In this document: one piece after another, positions 12,959 to 25,521 of the stretch
Layout: every line of letters starts with the position of its first letter
How positions within the stretch are numbered: position 1 is the first letter of the stretch
Assembly (NCBI GenBank): GCA_951406725.2
Contig: OX597814.1
Location: forward strand, 30,442,001-30,506,000
Length of the DNA stretch: 64,000 nt
DNA from: Octopus vulgaris
Taxonomy: Eukaryota
Reading direction: 5' to 3'
Translations under genes and position numbers: made by a program
Notes under the pieces: model-generated
Told to the model about the DNA's origin: nothing
The model's database searches: none
Seen by the model: the letters and a program-made list of their open reading frames with translations, nothing else

Positions 12959-14350
12959 CGTTTATATCGACAGATACGTTTATATCGATTGGGACAGTCA
13001 TATCAATGAGGAGGCATGTTTTTTGTCTGAAGTCTTTTACAATGATGTCCGGCCTATTCGCGTCTATCTTTCTGTCAGTTTGAATGGTGAAGTTCCAGAG
13101 GAGTAAGATGTGGTCATTTTCAAGCGCTGGAGGTGGTTTGTGTTCCCACCAGTTTTTATCATGGGGCAAGTCCAGGCTTCTGCAAATTACCCAGTGAATA
13201 TATTGTGCAGCTCTATCATGCCTGTTGAGATACTCTGTAGGCATAAGAAGACTGCACTTGGAGACAACATGATCAATGGTTTCATTTTGTTGTTGACATA
13301 CACATGTTCGGCTACTGCCGTTCTTTAATATGTTGGCCTGGTAGTTCCTTGTAGGTAGGCATTGATCTTGAGCTGCTATGATAAACCCTTCTGCTTCAGA
13401 TTTTAAGCCAGAGGCCATTAGCCATTGATGGGTCAGGGCTTTGTCAACATCTGCATTATTCACTCTCTTTGGGTATTTGCCATTGAGAGGTTTTTCTTGG
13501 CATTTATCATTCAGAATATCTAAGGCAGCTGTTTTAGCACGGGTTTTCATGCGCTTAGCTTTTTCTGTGCTTGATTCTTGTATGTCTAATTCCGGAATTT
13601 GTTGTATTCGGAATTCATTTAGATATTCCTTTGCCTGTTTTGTTACTGAGTATGATGCTTTCTTGTTTTCATGTTTTGAGACACATTTTAACATCCAGTC
13701 CTCAGAGTTTCTCAGGTAGGTGTCTAGGCCAATTGTAGCAACCTTCATTGTTGTTGCAAGTTGTAAAAGCCCACGGCCTCCCTCTTTTCTTGGTAGATAA
13801 AGTCAATCTATATCTGCCTTAGGGTGGTGCATTCTATGCATTGTCAACAGTTTTCGTATTTTTCAGTCAAGATTACATATTTCAGTAATTGACCAGTTAA
13901 CGATATTGAAACTGTAAGTCACGAAACTGAGCAAATATAAAGAAACTGAGCAAATATAAAGATCTTGAAATAGAAATCAGCAAAATGTGGAACCTGAAGA
14001 CTAAAACAATACCTTTTGTCATAGGTGCCCTGGGAATGATAGAAAAAGGGGCTGATTGCTACCTAACTCAGATACCAGGAAACCCCAAAATGGCAGAAAT
14101 TCAAAAGATAGTGCTCATGGGAACTGCTCATATCCTACGCAAAATACTTTCTATGTAATCTCAAGTTTTGAAACAAACATAATTTTCGTATGGTTTTTTA
14201 AAGCATTCACTAGTACAACACTAAGTACAAAACCAAATATATGGCACCCTAGGCATAACACCAACATGAACTTCCAACTTGTTGTCTCTTGAGGTCTCTC
14301 GGTGAGACTTGGAGCCAGCTTGTGCAAATGTAAAGCAAAAGTCAAACATA

Positions 14351-14409
<59 letters not shown>
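12959..14409. mobile_element. R4/Dong-like RLE non-LTR retrotransposon 3' part with internal inversion and (AAT)n tail
   Basis: Minus strand: AAQDQ.L.TRNY, CxC...ETIDHVVSKC knuckle, YLNRHD, NRPDII, LLIDMTVP. Plus strand from 13924: KLSKYKDLEIEISKMW...GALG...GTAHILRKILSM* (stop 14156-14158), then 3' UTR and (AAT)n. Confidence 0.9.
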
Positions 14410-14429
14410 TATATATATATATATAAATA

Positions 14430-14604
14430 TATATATTGATAAAGAGGGTAAGACAACAAAAGAAAGAAAGGGACCTCGATATTATGTAAATAGAGGAATT
14501 TATCTGTAATTGTAATATGTGACAATTATTCGGTAGCCATGATAAAACTCCGAGTTTCGGATGCCGAGGTGGAAATCCACGCCGCCATCTCTTCGGTTAT
14601 CCGG

Positions 14605-14607
<3 letters not shown>
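14430..14607 (-). mobile_element. Short (TA)n-embedded element with hammerhead-like motif (14541-14601)
   Basis: Minus strand GATAA-CCGAAGA-GATG...CATC-C-GAA-ACTC.G.GAGT-T-TTATC; (TA)n on both sides. Confidence 0.65.
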
Positions 14608-14655
<48 letters not shown>

Positions 14656-14692
14656 TATATACATACATACTTACATATATATGTATATACAT

Positions 14693-15020
14693 ATGCATGT
14701 ATGGGTACAGGACGTAAAAAAAACGTGAACAACATGGAAAACGAACTTTTTTTCGAACAACGAAAGAAACAAATAGAAAAGCGAGACAGGTAACATAAAG
14801 AACAATCCCTTCATCAGTTGTCCACTTTTTTGTTCGAAATGCGGAGTAGATAAAACAGTGGACAACTGATGACGGGATTGTTCTTTATGTTGCCTGTCTC
14901 GCTTTTCTATTTGTTTCTTTCGTTGCTCAAAGAAAAGTTCGTTTTCCATGTTTTTGCATTTCCTGTTCTCCTTTTTCATGTTGTTCACGTTTTCTTGACG
15001 TCCTGTGCTCATATATGCAT
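14693..15020. repeat. Fold-back (arms 14693-14826 and 14857-15020) between TA-rich tracts
   Basis: CAGGACGT...AACAATCCCTTCATCAGTTGTCCACT mirrored by AGTGGACAACTGATGACGGGATTGTT...ACGTCCTG, with a ~27-bp indel. Confidence 0.9.
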
Positions 15021-15067
15021 ATGTGCATACATATATACGAAAGTATGTACATGTATGTATGTATATA

Positions 15068-15125
<58 letters not shown>

Positions 15126-15146
15126 TAAATTTATAATAGTATAAAG

Positions 15147-15803
15147 TACAATTATAATTAAGGGCGTCCTGTGCCATGCTTATATGCTGGAAAGAGACGC
15201 TAAATCATCGAACCACTTCAAATTATCACATTTATAACACACGTGCTGAAATCGAGGGAGTAAGCTGACAGAAATTCATAAAATAATAGTTACCCTTGGA
15301 TTGGTCAATTTCTGGATTAGTCCAATGACTTTTCCTCATCTGCAAATCATACAAAGGGAAATAAATGAGACATTTATACATACCCACAGGGAAGCAACCG
15401 TATGGCCGGGATTACAAACAAATACCACAAACACATCAACATCGAATTTCGTAGTCCACCTCAGCACATGTGTATTCGGCCAGTGTAGTCCAGAAGTGAC
15501 TACACTGCCCCGAAGTAAATGGAAACTATTCAATTATAAAATTATAATAATAAAGGATAAAAATCATTAAAAATTTGATCAGTGGCCAGCATATACAACA
15601 GACCTATTAAGCTGAATTCGTATATAGAGATTTATTATAGTGATGATTTGAAGTGGTTCGACAATTTAACGTCTCTTTCCTGCATATAGGCGTGGCACCC
15701 TAAACCCTTAATCATAATTGTATTTTATAATCTCAGCTTACTTTATATGCTGGCCACTGATAAAAGTTTTAACGATTTTATCCTTTATTATTATAATTTT
15801 ATC
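15147..15803. repeat. Interleaved inverted repeats (15147-15237/15632-15722 and 15535-15594/15744-15803)
   Basis: GGAAAGAGACGCTAAATCATCGAACCACTTCAAA vs TTTGAAGTGGTTCGACAATTTAACGTCTCTTTCC; TCAGTGGCCAGCATATA vs TATATGCTGGCCACTGA. Confidence 0.8.
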
Positions 15804-15810
15804 ATATATA

Positions 15811-16139
15811 TCTATTATATAAAATCCGTTCTGTCTGTTTGTGTGTGTGTCTTCTAAGGTCTCGGGCATCCTCCATCCGATTGCGCTCAAATTTGATATG
15901 TAGATATCGACGGTATCAAGGCGTGCATAAGCCTTGAAAAAATTGCAAAAATCGATTCCAGGTGAGAATGCGATCGATAAAGCCGTGGGAACGTGCATTT
16001 GTACGCGCAAGTACATCAGCTGTTGCGAGCGATACTAGCGTACGCGAGAAAGATGCACGTGTAGTTTGCGCAAAAAAAAAAAAGCCGGCTTAAATGTTTG
16101 ACAACTCAGCACCGTTCATTGGACGGTGGCATTTTGCTC

Positions 16140-16140
<1 letters not shown>
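15811..16140 (+). mobile_element. Non-autonomous Helitron 5' portion
   Basis: A|TCTATTATATAAAA...TGTCTGTTTGTGTG start resembles the Helitrons at 46794 and 55073; no clear hairpin-CTAG end. Confidence 0.55.
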
Positions 16141-16177
<37 letters not shown>

Positions 16178-16193
16178 CAACACACACACACGC

Positions 16194-16236
<43 letters not shown>

Positions 16237-16399
16237 TATATACACGGCGGGCTTCTACACAATTTCCGTCTACCAGTTTCACTCACAAGGCATTAGTCAA
16301 ATAGTACCTCGCAGTGGGACTGAACTCGAAACCTTATGGTTGCAAAACGACCTTCTTAACTGCACAACCACGCCTGTGTAGAATGACGACAGCTATTTT

Positions 16400-16915
16400 A
16401 TTTCGCGGACAGTATTATATTATTTGTTGTAATAGCGACTTGAAAATGTTGTATTTGTGTATTTTATGTAACAGCATGAGTCATAGATTATATAATTTTC
16501 ATATTTACATTAAAATTTCTTTATTACATGGGTTATGTGAAGTAATCCCACATTCTGTGGTCTTAGAAGTTCGTGGTTTCATACTGATGAGATTTTTAAT
16601 TCTGGTGTGTTTTTCTTATAATATATTCTTAGGGTTAGTGTATGGTTAGGTGTTGTTAATGGGTTGTGTTTTACGAGTTTTATTAATGGCATTTTCAGGC
16701 ATTTTTTAGCATTTTGTTCATGTAGTATAGGAAATGTACAGTTTGTGTTTTACAGGGTATTTTTATCGTTGTATCCGGTTTGGAAAATTTATAATTGTAT
16801 TATTCCACAGCTTGATCTAGTTGCATGTTTGAGTAGCCATTAGCAAGTGCTTGTTTAACTTTTAAGAATTTCTTGTTAAACGTTTCTTTAGTTGATTGAA
16901 ATTTAACGCTTCATC
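16400..16915 (-). pseudogene. Decayed Penelope-like ORF fragment (RT thumb/linker region)
   Basis: Minus-strand reading ETFNKKFLKVKQALANGYSNMQLDQAV resembles the F..E...IKQ.L..NGY thumb motif of PLEs; many stops. Confidence 0.5.
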
Positions 16916-17209
16916 TCAGAAAAAAATTAACTAAAGATTTTCATATTTCTGGATAGGAAGGTGCTGAGTTGGCAGAATCGCTAGCACACCGGATAAGATG
17001 CTTAGAAGTATTTCGCCCGTCGTTGCATCCCGAGTTGAAATTGCGCCGAAGTTGACTTTACTTTTCATCGTGTAAGAATCAATAAGTGCCAGTGCTCAAC
17101 ATCGACTTACCGCTCTCCTGGAATTGCTGGGATTGTGCTAAAATTTGAAATCAATATTTCCAGATAAGCTCACTGTCCACGTGTAAGCATTTCATATCTA
17201 CATATATGG

Positions 17210-17358
17210 CTTTACTCTTTTTACGAGTTTCAGCCATTAGACTCCAGCCTTTCTGGGGCACCTCCTTGAAGAATTTTTCGTCGAATGTATCAATCCTAGT
17301 ACTTATTTTTTAAAAGCCTGTTACTTATTCTATAGTTCTCTTTTGCTGAACCGCTAAG

Positions 17359-17410
<52 letters not shown>

Positions 17411-17775
17411 CAAAATAAGCAACAAGGATATCCAGAGGTAATGCAGTACGATCGTTTCATGCAACTCCATTTGATTAAACAATGCAATCATTACCTCAAT
17501 TTAAAATGTAGAGCAATCTTCAGCTGCATAAAGACACAGAATTTAATTAAATTAGAACAGATGGACACATTAGTATAATTATACCTAAAATCTCCAAGAA
17601 TTTAAGGAGATAGATAAAGAACATGTTGTCTCATAGAAGTTATATATACGATAGGCTTATTTCAGTTTCCGTCTATCAAACCTACTTTGGTTGGCTCAAG
17701 GCTATAATACAAGACACTTGCCCAAGGTGTCACGCAGTGGGACTGAACCCGGAACTATGTGGCTGGAAAGTAAGT
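17210..17775 (-). mobile_element. SINE group B interrupted in its microsatellite by a hammerhead-bearing insert (~17409-17640)
   Basis: SINE 3' half 17210-17360, (TG)n, insert, SINE 5' half 17650-17775. Confidence 0.8.
17441..17529 (-). ncRNA. Type-I hammerhead ribozyme candidate, canonical core, long stem II
   Basis: ATGCAG-CTGAAGA-[TTGC...GCAT]-GAAA-CGATCG-TA-CTGCAT: 6-bp stem I, palindromic stem III, GUA cleavage triplet. Confidence 0.8.
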
Positions 17776-18085
17776 TTCTTACCACACAGCCATGTCTGCA
17801 CCTGTTGGAATTTTTGTATAAACTGAGACTCCGTTCAAGTTGTTTCTTATATTACTCGTTTATATCTAACAATAGAGTGGTATTATGCTCCGAATTTATG
17901 ATTGGTCTATGTTGAACCATAAATTTATCCGGCGACAGCGATTTTATCAATTACATTACACTGATTCACTACTGCCTATCGCAAAAGAAGATTACATTTC
18001 ACTGTTGTCATTTATTCGGAAAATAGGGGATATGGATGACGATGAGGGCAAAGAATATGAAAAATTCTATAATAGAATATTGATT

Positions 18086-18385
18086 GTTCCTTCTCGAGCC
18101 ACGCCTGGCTCATAAGGGCCGGTTTCCTGGTTTCCTTGGCGTATAGGTTCCCCACATGGACGGGGCGCCGGTCCGTCGCAGGTGAGCTGCAAGATGCAGG
18201 AGGAAAGAGTGAGAGAAAGTTGTGGCGAAAGAGTCAGCAGAAATTCACCATTACCTTCTGCCGGAACCGCGTGGAGCTTAGATGTTTCGCTTACAAAAAC
18301 ACACATATCGCCCGGTCTGAGATTCGAACCCGCGATCCCTCGATCACGAGTCCGCTGCTCTAACCACTAGGCCATGTGCCTCCAC
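18086..18385 (-). mobile_element. tRNA-derived SINE group C (resembles octopus OR-type SINEs)
   Basis: Head GTGGAGGCACATGGCCTAGTGGTTAGAGCAGCGGACTCG...GGTTCGAATC; short TAATAGAATA duplication on the flanks. Confidence 0.85.
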
Positions 18386-18907
18386 TTTAATAGAATATAC
18401 TATACTCAAATTACAGTTGTATTATCAGTACAACATATTGGGTACAACAAAAAAAAAAACGAAACAAAAAATGTTTTTCCTACAGACACACACACACACA
18501 CACACGCACACAAACACATATGTATGTATATGCAAATATATTTCTATACGGATATTTATAAAGATATGTGTGTGTGTATGTGGTGGAGAGAGAGGGAGAG
18601 AGAGAGAGTGGGGGTTAAACCAGGAGACAGGAAAATTCCCCGTTACTCGTATTTCATTCGCTAATAAGAATTACAAAATTGTACAGGTAGCAAAAACAGG
18701 TAAGATATATCCTTATTAGAAATTCTTCTGACATAGAATCTCCTGTTTTAAAATGTAATTACTCTGCCAAAAATATTTCCCACTATTTTTCAACTCTTTT
18801 GCATCCCTCATACAAATATGACATCTACAACCGACTTTGGAGTATTGGAATAAGCAGAATGTGCTTTAAGAGCACATAACTTGGAAAATAACCCTATCTA
18901 CATAACA

Positions 18908-18948
<41 letters not shown>

Positions 18949-18965
18949 AGTTTGGATTTATTCCC

Positions 18966-19024
<59 letters not shown>

Positions 19025-19187
19025 ATGTATATGTATATATAAGCGTATACACGCACATATACACATACATATGCATGTACATTCAAGTATACATACAGAT
19101 ATGTATGAAAATGCGTGTATATAAAGAGTGTGAGTGTGTGTACGCGCGCGTAGCGTGCATAGTGCATATGTGTGTATTATGTACTTA

Positions 19188-19238
<51 letters not shown>

Positions 19239-19330
19239 ATATATATGTATGTATATATATATGTATATAATATATATATATATATTATCTATGTATGTAG
19301 TTGTAAGAGAGAGGGAGAGAAAGGGAAAGG

Positions 19331-19372
<42 letters not shown>

Positions 19373-20102
19373 GTCGTTGTTATTGAGTAGAATTGAATAG
19401 AATAGCAGTTCTCGTCATGTCTAACGTGTTACATACATTAACATTTGACTTAAAAGAGCTCTGAAGCTAAATAGGGAATATAAAAGGACAAAAGAGATTA
19501 CGCAGATTGCATAGATAAGAGATAAAAGAAGTAACATGCAACTACAGAGTCTATTGTTGAGGGTAAACAACTGGCCTCATCAATTATCCGGTTGCTTGTT
19601 AGAAAGGGCTTGGAGACGGGTGCAGCTATAGAGTAAATTGACCTTTCCTTTTGGTCGTTAACTGAAATTCTCACTCCTTCTTCACACACGAAACTTCTGT
19701 GTCATAAGCTGTTGTTGTTGTTGTTGATTCTCAGCTCCCGCCCCCCTGCCAACCTTTATTTAATAAGCTTATGATGTAAAGCATCCCAGCTATATCTATC
19801 TGTCTCATCTATTTAGGGCTGTTTCTGAAAACGTTATTCAATTTGTCATTCCTCCTATTAAGGCAATGGAGTCTTATTAGAGTGTGATTTGTATCTGTTG
19901 TTTCTAGCAAGTCCTGTAATCATAGAGAAGTTTCCAGAAATGAAGTTTCGAGGGAGACCTTCCAAGGCCGGCATAGAGAAGAATTTCGTGCCAACACAGG
20001 TTGAATTCGTGGGAGTGTTATTTATAGAATGGGCGTAAAGTTTTACGAAAGGCACCAGTACGTTGCCAATAAAACATCTGGTTGTTAGATATGCACACGA
20101 AG

Positions 20103-20333
20103 GGCGGCGAGCTGGCAGAAACGTTAGCACGCCGGGCGAAATGCGTAGCCGTATTTCGTCTGCCGTTACGTTCTGAGTTCAAATTCCGCCGAGGTCGACT
20201 TTGCCTTTCATCCTTTCGGAGTCGATAAATTAAGTACCAGTTACGCACTGGGGTCGATGTAATCGACTTAATCCCTTTGTCTGTCCTTGTTTGCCCCCTC
20301 TATGTTTAGCCCCTTGTGGGTAGTAAAGAAATA
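20103..20333 (+). mobile_element. SINE group A copy with ~14-bp TSD
   Basis: AGATATGCACACGA on both sides. Confidence 0.92.
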
Positions 20334-20999
20334 GATATGCACACGATGATGATCAACTGATGCAAATTAGAGCGTACATTTACATAAAAATGTTTTTTAG
20401 TGTTTTCCCAAGAGCATAATTACTATTGCAATTAACATAGATTTTATATGACTCTTGGCACACTATGTATAATTTTAAGGAAATGAATTACTGAGCTGTT
20501 AACCTGGTGTTAAAACAATAATTAAACTAGTATTAATGCAGGTTGCATTAAAAGGTTAACTAGAAATTATTCTATTTCAGTTATTTGGGTGAATACGGGA
20601 GACAGTAGTGAATATATTTCAATCTTTCCATGACCTTAACAAATGCAACGACCTGGCTGTAATTTTTGACTCGTTGGACAAAAATGCATAGCAGCATTCC
20701 TCCCGACTCGTTACTTTGTGAGTTCAAATTCCTCCGATGTCAATTTTGCCTCGCATTCTTTAGGAGTCAATGAGATAAATACGGGTTATAGTACAAAACA
20801 CTTGCCCAAAATAAGTTCGGGAGTGGGTCGATGTAATCGACTTGTCTCCTCCCGCTAAAATAGGTGGCCTTGTTCCAAAATTAGAAGGAATTATGACGTC
20901 ATCAACTAAGAAGAAGTCCAAAATTGTTTACAGGTTGGCGTAGAATTTATAATAATTTAGAGTACTTGAAGAAAAAAAAATCTTTATATTGGAATATAT

Positions 21000-21310
21000 T
21001 TTGATTTGTACAGTTCTATATTTAAGAGATGAGGAATTATGTACATTATTTATATTCGACGGATATTTGTCCTCATCTTGTTTGTCGTTAACTCAATGTT
21101 TCGGCTGATATACCCTCCAGCCTTCGTCAGGTGTCTGGGGAAATTTCTGAAACTGGGTTCTCATTCCTAAGGTATTTTTCGATGTTATTATTATTACTAT
21201 TATTATTATTATTATTATTCAGGTCACTACTTGGAATTGAACTCGGAATCTTAGGGTTAGTAGCCCGCGCTCTTAACCCTTATGCCATATGCCCGTGAAC
21301 AATTATGAAG
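21000..21310 (-). mobile_element. Short element with hammerhead-like motif (21090-21135); related decayed copy at ~38380-38600
   Basis: Minus strand ACAC-CTGACGA-A-GGCTG...CAGCC-GAAA-CATTG; copy at 38427-38470 reads CTGAAGA-AGGC...GCT-GAAA, with shared flank TCCTCATCTT. Confidence 0.6.
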
Positions 21311-21524
21311 TGAATTTTAGGGCTTATAAACCTAATATTCTCCTACCCTTCCTTAATACTGGTTCCCATATGCTGTTCATATCGGTCTGCTTAGGAGGTT
21401 GTTGTGTCCTAGCATTTGTGCTGCTTCTTTTAGTTTTCGTATTTTCCAGTGGTGTTCTCTATCTATTATTTTAACTTCATTCCACATGGTGGAGGTGGTC
21501 TCCATTTTTCCATACATGATCAGC

Positions 21525-21861
21525 TATATTCTATCGGTCTCTTTTGCTGAACCGCTAAGTTTCGGGGACGTTAACACACTGGCATCTATTGTCAAGCGAT
21601 TGTGGTGGGGGGGGGACAAACACAGACACACATACACAGACACACAAACACAGACATACACTCACACACACACACACGCGCGCGCGCGCGCATAATTGTT
21701 AAAGAGGACACACAAACATTAAGGCAAGGCAAACATCTCAAGACGTATAAAATATTATTATTGGAAAAAATTCAAAGTCTTACAGCTGTTTCTGGGATAT
21801 CTCCAAGTATTGAATATTCCGTCATCAGAGACGAATAGGGAAAAATAAGGAAAATGAGAAT

Positions 21862-21902
<41 letters not shown>

Positions 21903-22117
21903 TTAATCCAAACAAGAAAACACAGAAAAAAACACAGCAACGCGAGGACGTGGAACAATTAAAGTATTATTTGACGCCCAGGAAAGAAGGGAAGGAGGGT
22001 TTAACGTTTCGAGCGGAGCTCTTCGTCGGAAACAAGGAGAAGGAAAGATCCCAAGAAGGGAAGACAGAGGAAAAAATATTTTTGCTGGTGGTGCTCAAGA
22101 GATCACATGTTGAAAGC

Positions 22118-22152
<35 letters not shown>

Positions 22153-22310
22153 ATGGGCTTCTTTCAGTTTCCGTTTATCAAATCTACTCACAAGGCTTTG
22201 GTCTGCCCTAAGCTATAATAGAAGACACTTGCCCAAGATGCCACTCAGTGGAACTGAACCCAGGACTATGTAGTTGGTAAGTAAGCTACTTACTGCTCTG
22301 CCACTGCTGT
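21525..22310 (-). mobile_element. SINE group B with two hammerhead-bearing elements in its central microsatellite
   Basis: SINE 3' half 21525-21660, inserts ~21693-21865 and 21896-22115, SINE 5' half 22150-22310. Confidence 0.8.
21777..21832 (-). ncRNA. Type-I hammerhead ribozyme candidate, canonical core
   Basis: GTCT-CTGATGA-CGGAATAT...ATATCCCA-GAAA-CAGCTG-TA-AGAC: palindromic stem III, GUA triplet, imperfect base of stem II. Confidence 0.78.
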
Positions 22311-22814
22311 TTAAAGTAATTACAATTTTTGGCTAAAAAAACTGAAATGCGTTTGAATTTTCGGAAAATGATAAAAGTTACAGTGGAAATGTCTATTTCG
22401 TAACTCTACTTTTTCACTTTTCATGAGAGATTTTATAAATAATTGTAGTTATATTTTTTTAATTAATTAATGTTTTTAATTAATTTGGTACTGTAATTTT
22501 GTTGTTGTTGTTTTTGAATATAGTGTGATCAGATTGTAGTTAACTTCATTGAAATTTTCCGACATGAAATAATTTTCCTTCTCAAGAATAATTAACTCCA
22601 TCCGCCTCAAAAATAATTGTTAACATTTATACTGTATGGAATCATCAAGAAGCTAATTGTGTGGCGGAGGAAACTAGTTTCGGTAAATGACTAATATTGT
22701 TTTAATTACTCTACAAATTATAATTAGCTGTTCTATTTTTGTGTCACCTAGTGTGCTAGTACGTAAACCTCTTATTAGAACAATGACATTAATATTAGAT
22801 ATGAACTATATATC

Positions 22815-22975
22815 AGGAGTAGCTGTGTGGTAAGTAGCTTGCTTACCAACCTCATGGTTCACCCCGGTTCAGTCCCACTGCGTGGCACCTTGGGCAAGTG
22901 TCTTCTGCTATAGCCTTCGGGCGACCAAAGCCTTGTGAGTGGATTTGGTAGACGGAAAATTGAAAGAAGCTCGTC

Positions 22976-23051
<76 letters not shown>

Positions 23052-23230
23052 CCCCCACCATCGCTTGACAACCGACGCTGGTGTATTTACGTCCCCGTAA
23101 CTTAGCGGTTCGGCAAAAAGAGACCGATAGAATAAGTACTAGGCTTACAAAGAATAAATCCTGGGGTCGATTTGCTCGAGTAAAGGTGGTGCTCCAGCAT
23201 GGCCACAATCAAAATGACTGAAAAGAATAA
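22815..23230 (+). mobile_element. Full-length SINE group B
   Basis: CAGGAGTAGCTGTGTGGTAAG head, GGTTCAGTCCC B-box, (TA)(TG) centre, GCTCCAGCATGGCC...GACTGAAA tail; an older copy lies at 23450-23760 (-). Confidence 0.9.
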
Positions 23231-23999
23231 AGGCATATATATTCTTTATCTTTTTGCTTCACAACGCATTTATTTCTAGTCTATATTTTAATGCCCTTTA
23301 AATCAAATATGTTATCACTAATTTAGGTTTGTTATCAAGACAAAGCAGGTGTGAATAAAGAGCCCTATCCTATATCAGAACGATGTCCGTGTTAAATATA
23401 TAGCTACTCAGCCTTTCCTTATGGTCGAAAGACCTTTTATTTTTCACCTACTTTATCCATGAGACTGTGGTCATGCTGAGCACCACCTTGAAGGGCTTAG
23501 TCGAACGAAATCGACCCCAGTACGTATTTTTGTTATGTAACTTACGAAGACGTAAACAAACCAACACTGGTTGTCAAGCGGTGGTGGGGGACAATCACCA
23601 AGATACACACGCATAGACATATCTGTCTGTCTGTCTGTCTACAAATCCATTTACAAGGCTTTGGTCAGCCCGGTGCATTAGTAGAAGACCTTTGCCACGC
23701 AGTGGGACTGAACCCGAAACTGTACGGTTGGAAAACGAGCTTCTTGTGACACAGCCATGCTTATACATGTATAAATATTGAGAAAGTTCACGTGATATGG
23801 TTTAAACTAGAAACTGAAATCAGGTTGTGGTTTTGTCTCATGAAGCACATACCTTTTCTTTCTTACATTTATTCATTTAAATGGTGGTGTGATGACAAAA
23901 GCAATTGAGATACGGATTAAATGTGTAGCAGTATTTAGCTTGATCCCTTTACAGAATGAGTTCAAGTCCCGCTAACTTCAGCTTTGCATTTTATCTTTC

Positions 24000-25260
24000 C
24001 AGGCTGACCCGTGTATGCCAGGTGGCTGGGACCTCTGCAATGACACCAAAGCAACGGCAATCTAGACTGGTAATCCTAATTTTCAAAAGAGGTACAAGGG
24101 AGAGTGCTCTAATTATACAGGAATTACCTTGTTGGACTCCCTAGTAAAATCTACCCTAGGCGTCTGGAAAAGATACGTAGAAATATTGAGTGAACGCTAA
24201 CTGAAGAACAGTGTGGCTTTCTTCCTGACCGCATCTCAACCGACCAAATAGTTACTCTACGACACGTCTTCGAGAAATTGTAGAAATAATGTCAAGAGGT
24301 GTACGCTTGCTTTTTAGACTTCAGAATGGCATGTAATCGCATGTCACAGGAGACACTGTGGAGGGTTTTGCAGGAGTGAGATCAATGGTAAACTTTCGGT
24401 TACTGTGAAGTTCCTATGAGAATGCCCAAATGTTTGCATTTGGGTAAATGGTGTGAAGTCGAAACCTTTAAATGTGGGCGTCGGACTTAAGCAGAGGTGC
24501 ATGTTACCATGTCTTCTTGTAATTTTCATGAACTGCGCAGATGTTGTGGAAGTGGCATCTCAATCGGAATGTGTAAGATCGGTCAGCTGATACTTGCAAA
24601 CGATATGGTGCTGCTTTGTTCGTCAGGGGTGGGGTGGGGAGGAACTCAAGCATGCACTAAATGGGTTCGCTACTGAGTGCTGCAAGGGAGTGGTGAGATT
24701 TAGTGTTTCGAAGACCGAGACATTTATCCTCTCAAGAAAGTTTTCCCACTGCATTTTGCACGTCAGCTTTCGGTCTTTAGATCGGTTTAAAAAAAAAAAA
24801 CAAAACAAATCTAAACTTGGTATCTTCAATTTAGGTTTCGTGCCTTGCCTCAGTTATGGTAATGAATGTTGGGTAATGCCTAAAAGTGTACGAACGCGAA
24901 TACAAGCAGTCGAACTGGGACTCTCCCGAAGGATTTCTGATGTAACGTTACTCGACAGGGTGCTTAACTCGGAGATCAGTTAGTCTCTACAGATCGATCG
25001 AGTCGCTACTTCTCCGCATTACTGCATTAAGTGGTTACAGTTTTGATATTACGGATATGTGGTTAGAAAGCCGTAGGAAAGGGTCATAAGATATATTCTT
25101 CAACCCGAGCTATAGGCAGGCGACCTAGAGTAGACCACAAGTAAGATAGTTGGATGATATCCATAGTTTCAGCTGGTCACGCTTGGGAATCCAGCCGAAA
25201 AGTGTAATGACGGTTGCTACTGAAAGAACCTTATGGAAGAAGTGTCTGAGGACTGCAGGG
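24000..25260 (+). pseudogene. Heavily decayed RTE-clade LINE
   Basis: LVILIFKRG, NYTGITLL, EEQCGFLPDRISTDQIVTLRHVFEK, SYGNECWVM...RIQAVE...RRISDVTLLDRVLNSEI, GRRPR.RP. Confidence 0.85.
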
Positions 25261-25455
25261 AACAATAGGCGGCGAAAATGGATGGCACTGGTGAAAATAA
25301 GTACCATTAAGGTAACGTATTCGGTGGCATTTGTGTTTGTTGAAACATGTAGCTACATTATATATATAAAACAAAAAAAGCAAAAACTTTGGATAAAGCA
25401 TGTAAGAAATATAGCTGGGAAAATCTTTTTAATAATACCACTACTTTAATTTACG

Positions 25456-25521
<66 letters not shown>

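Noticed and set aside
14864-14885. CTGATGA in the 14693-15020 fold-back as a hammerhead core
   Set aside because: No stem II or GAAA follows
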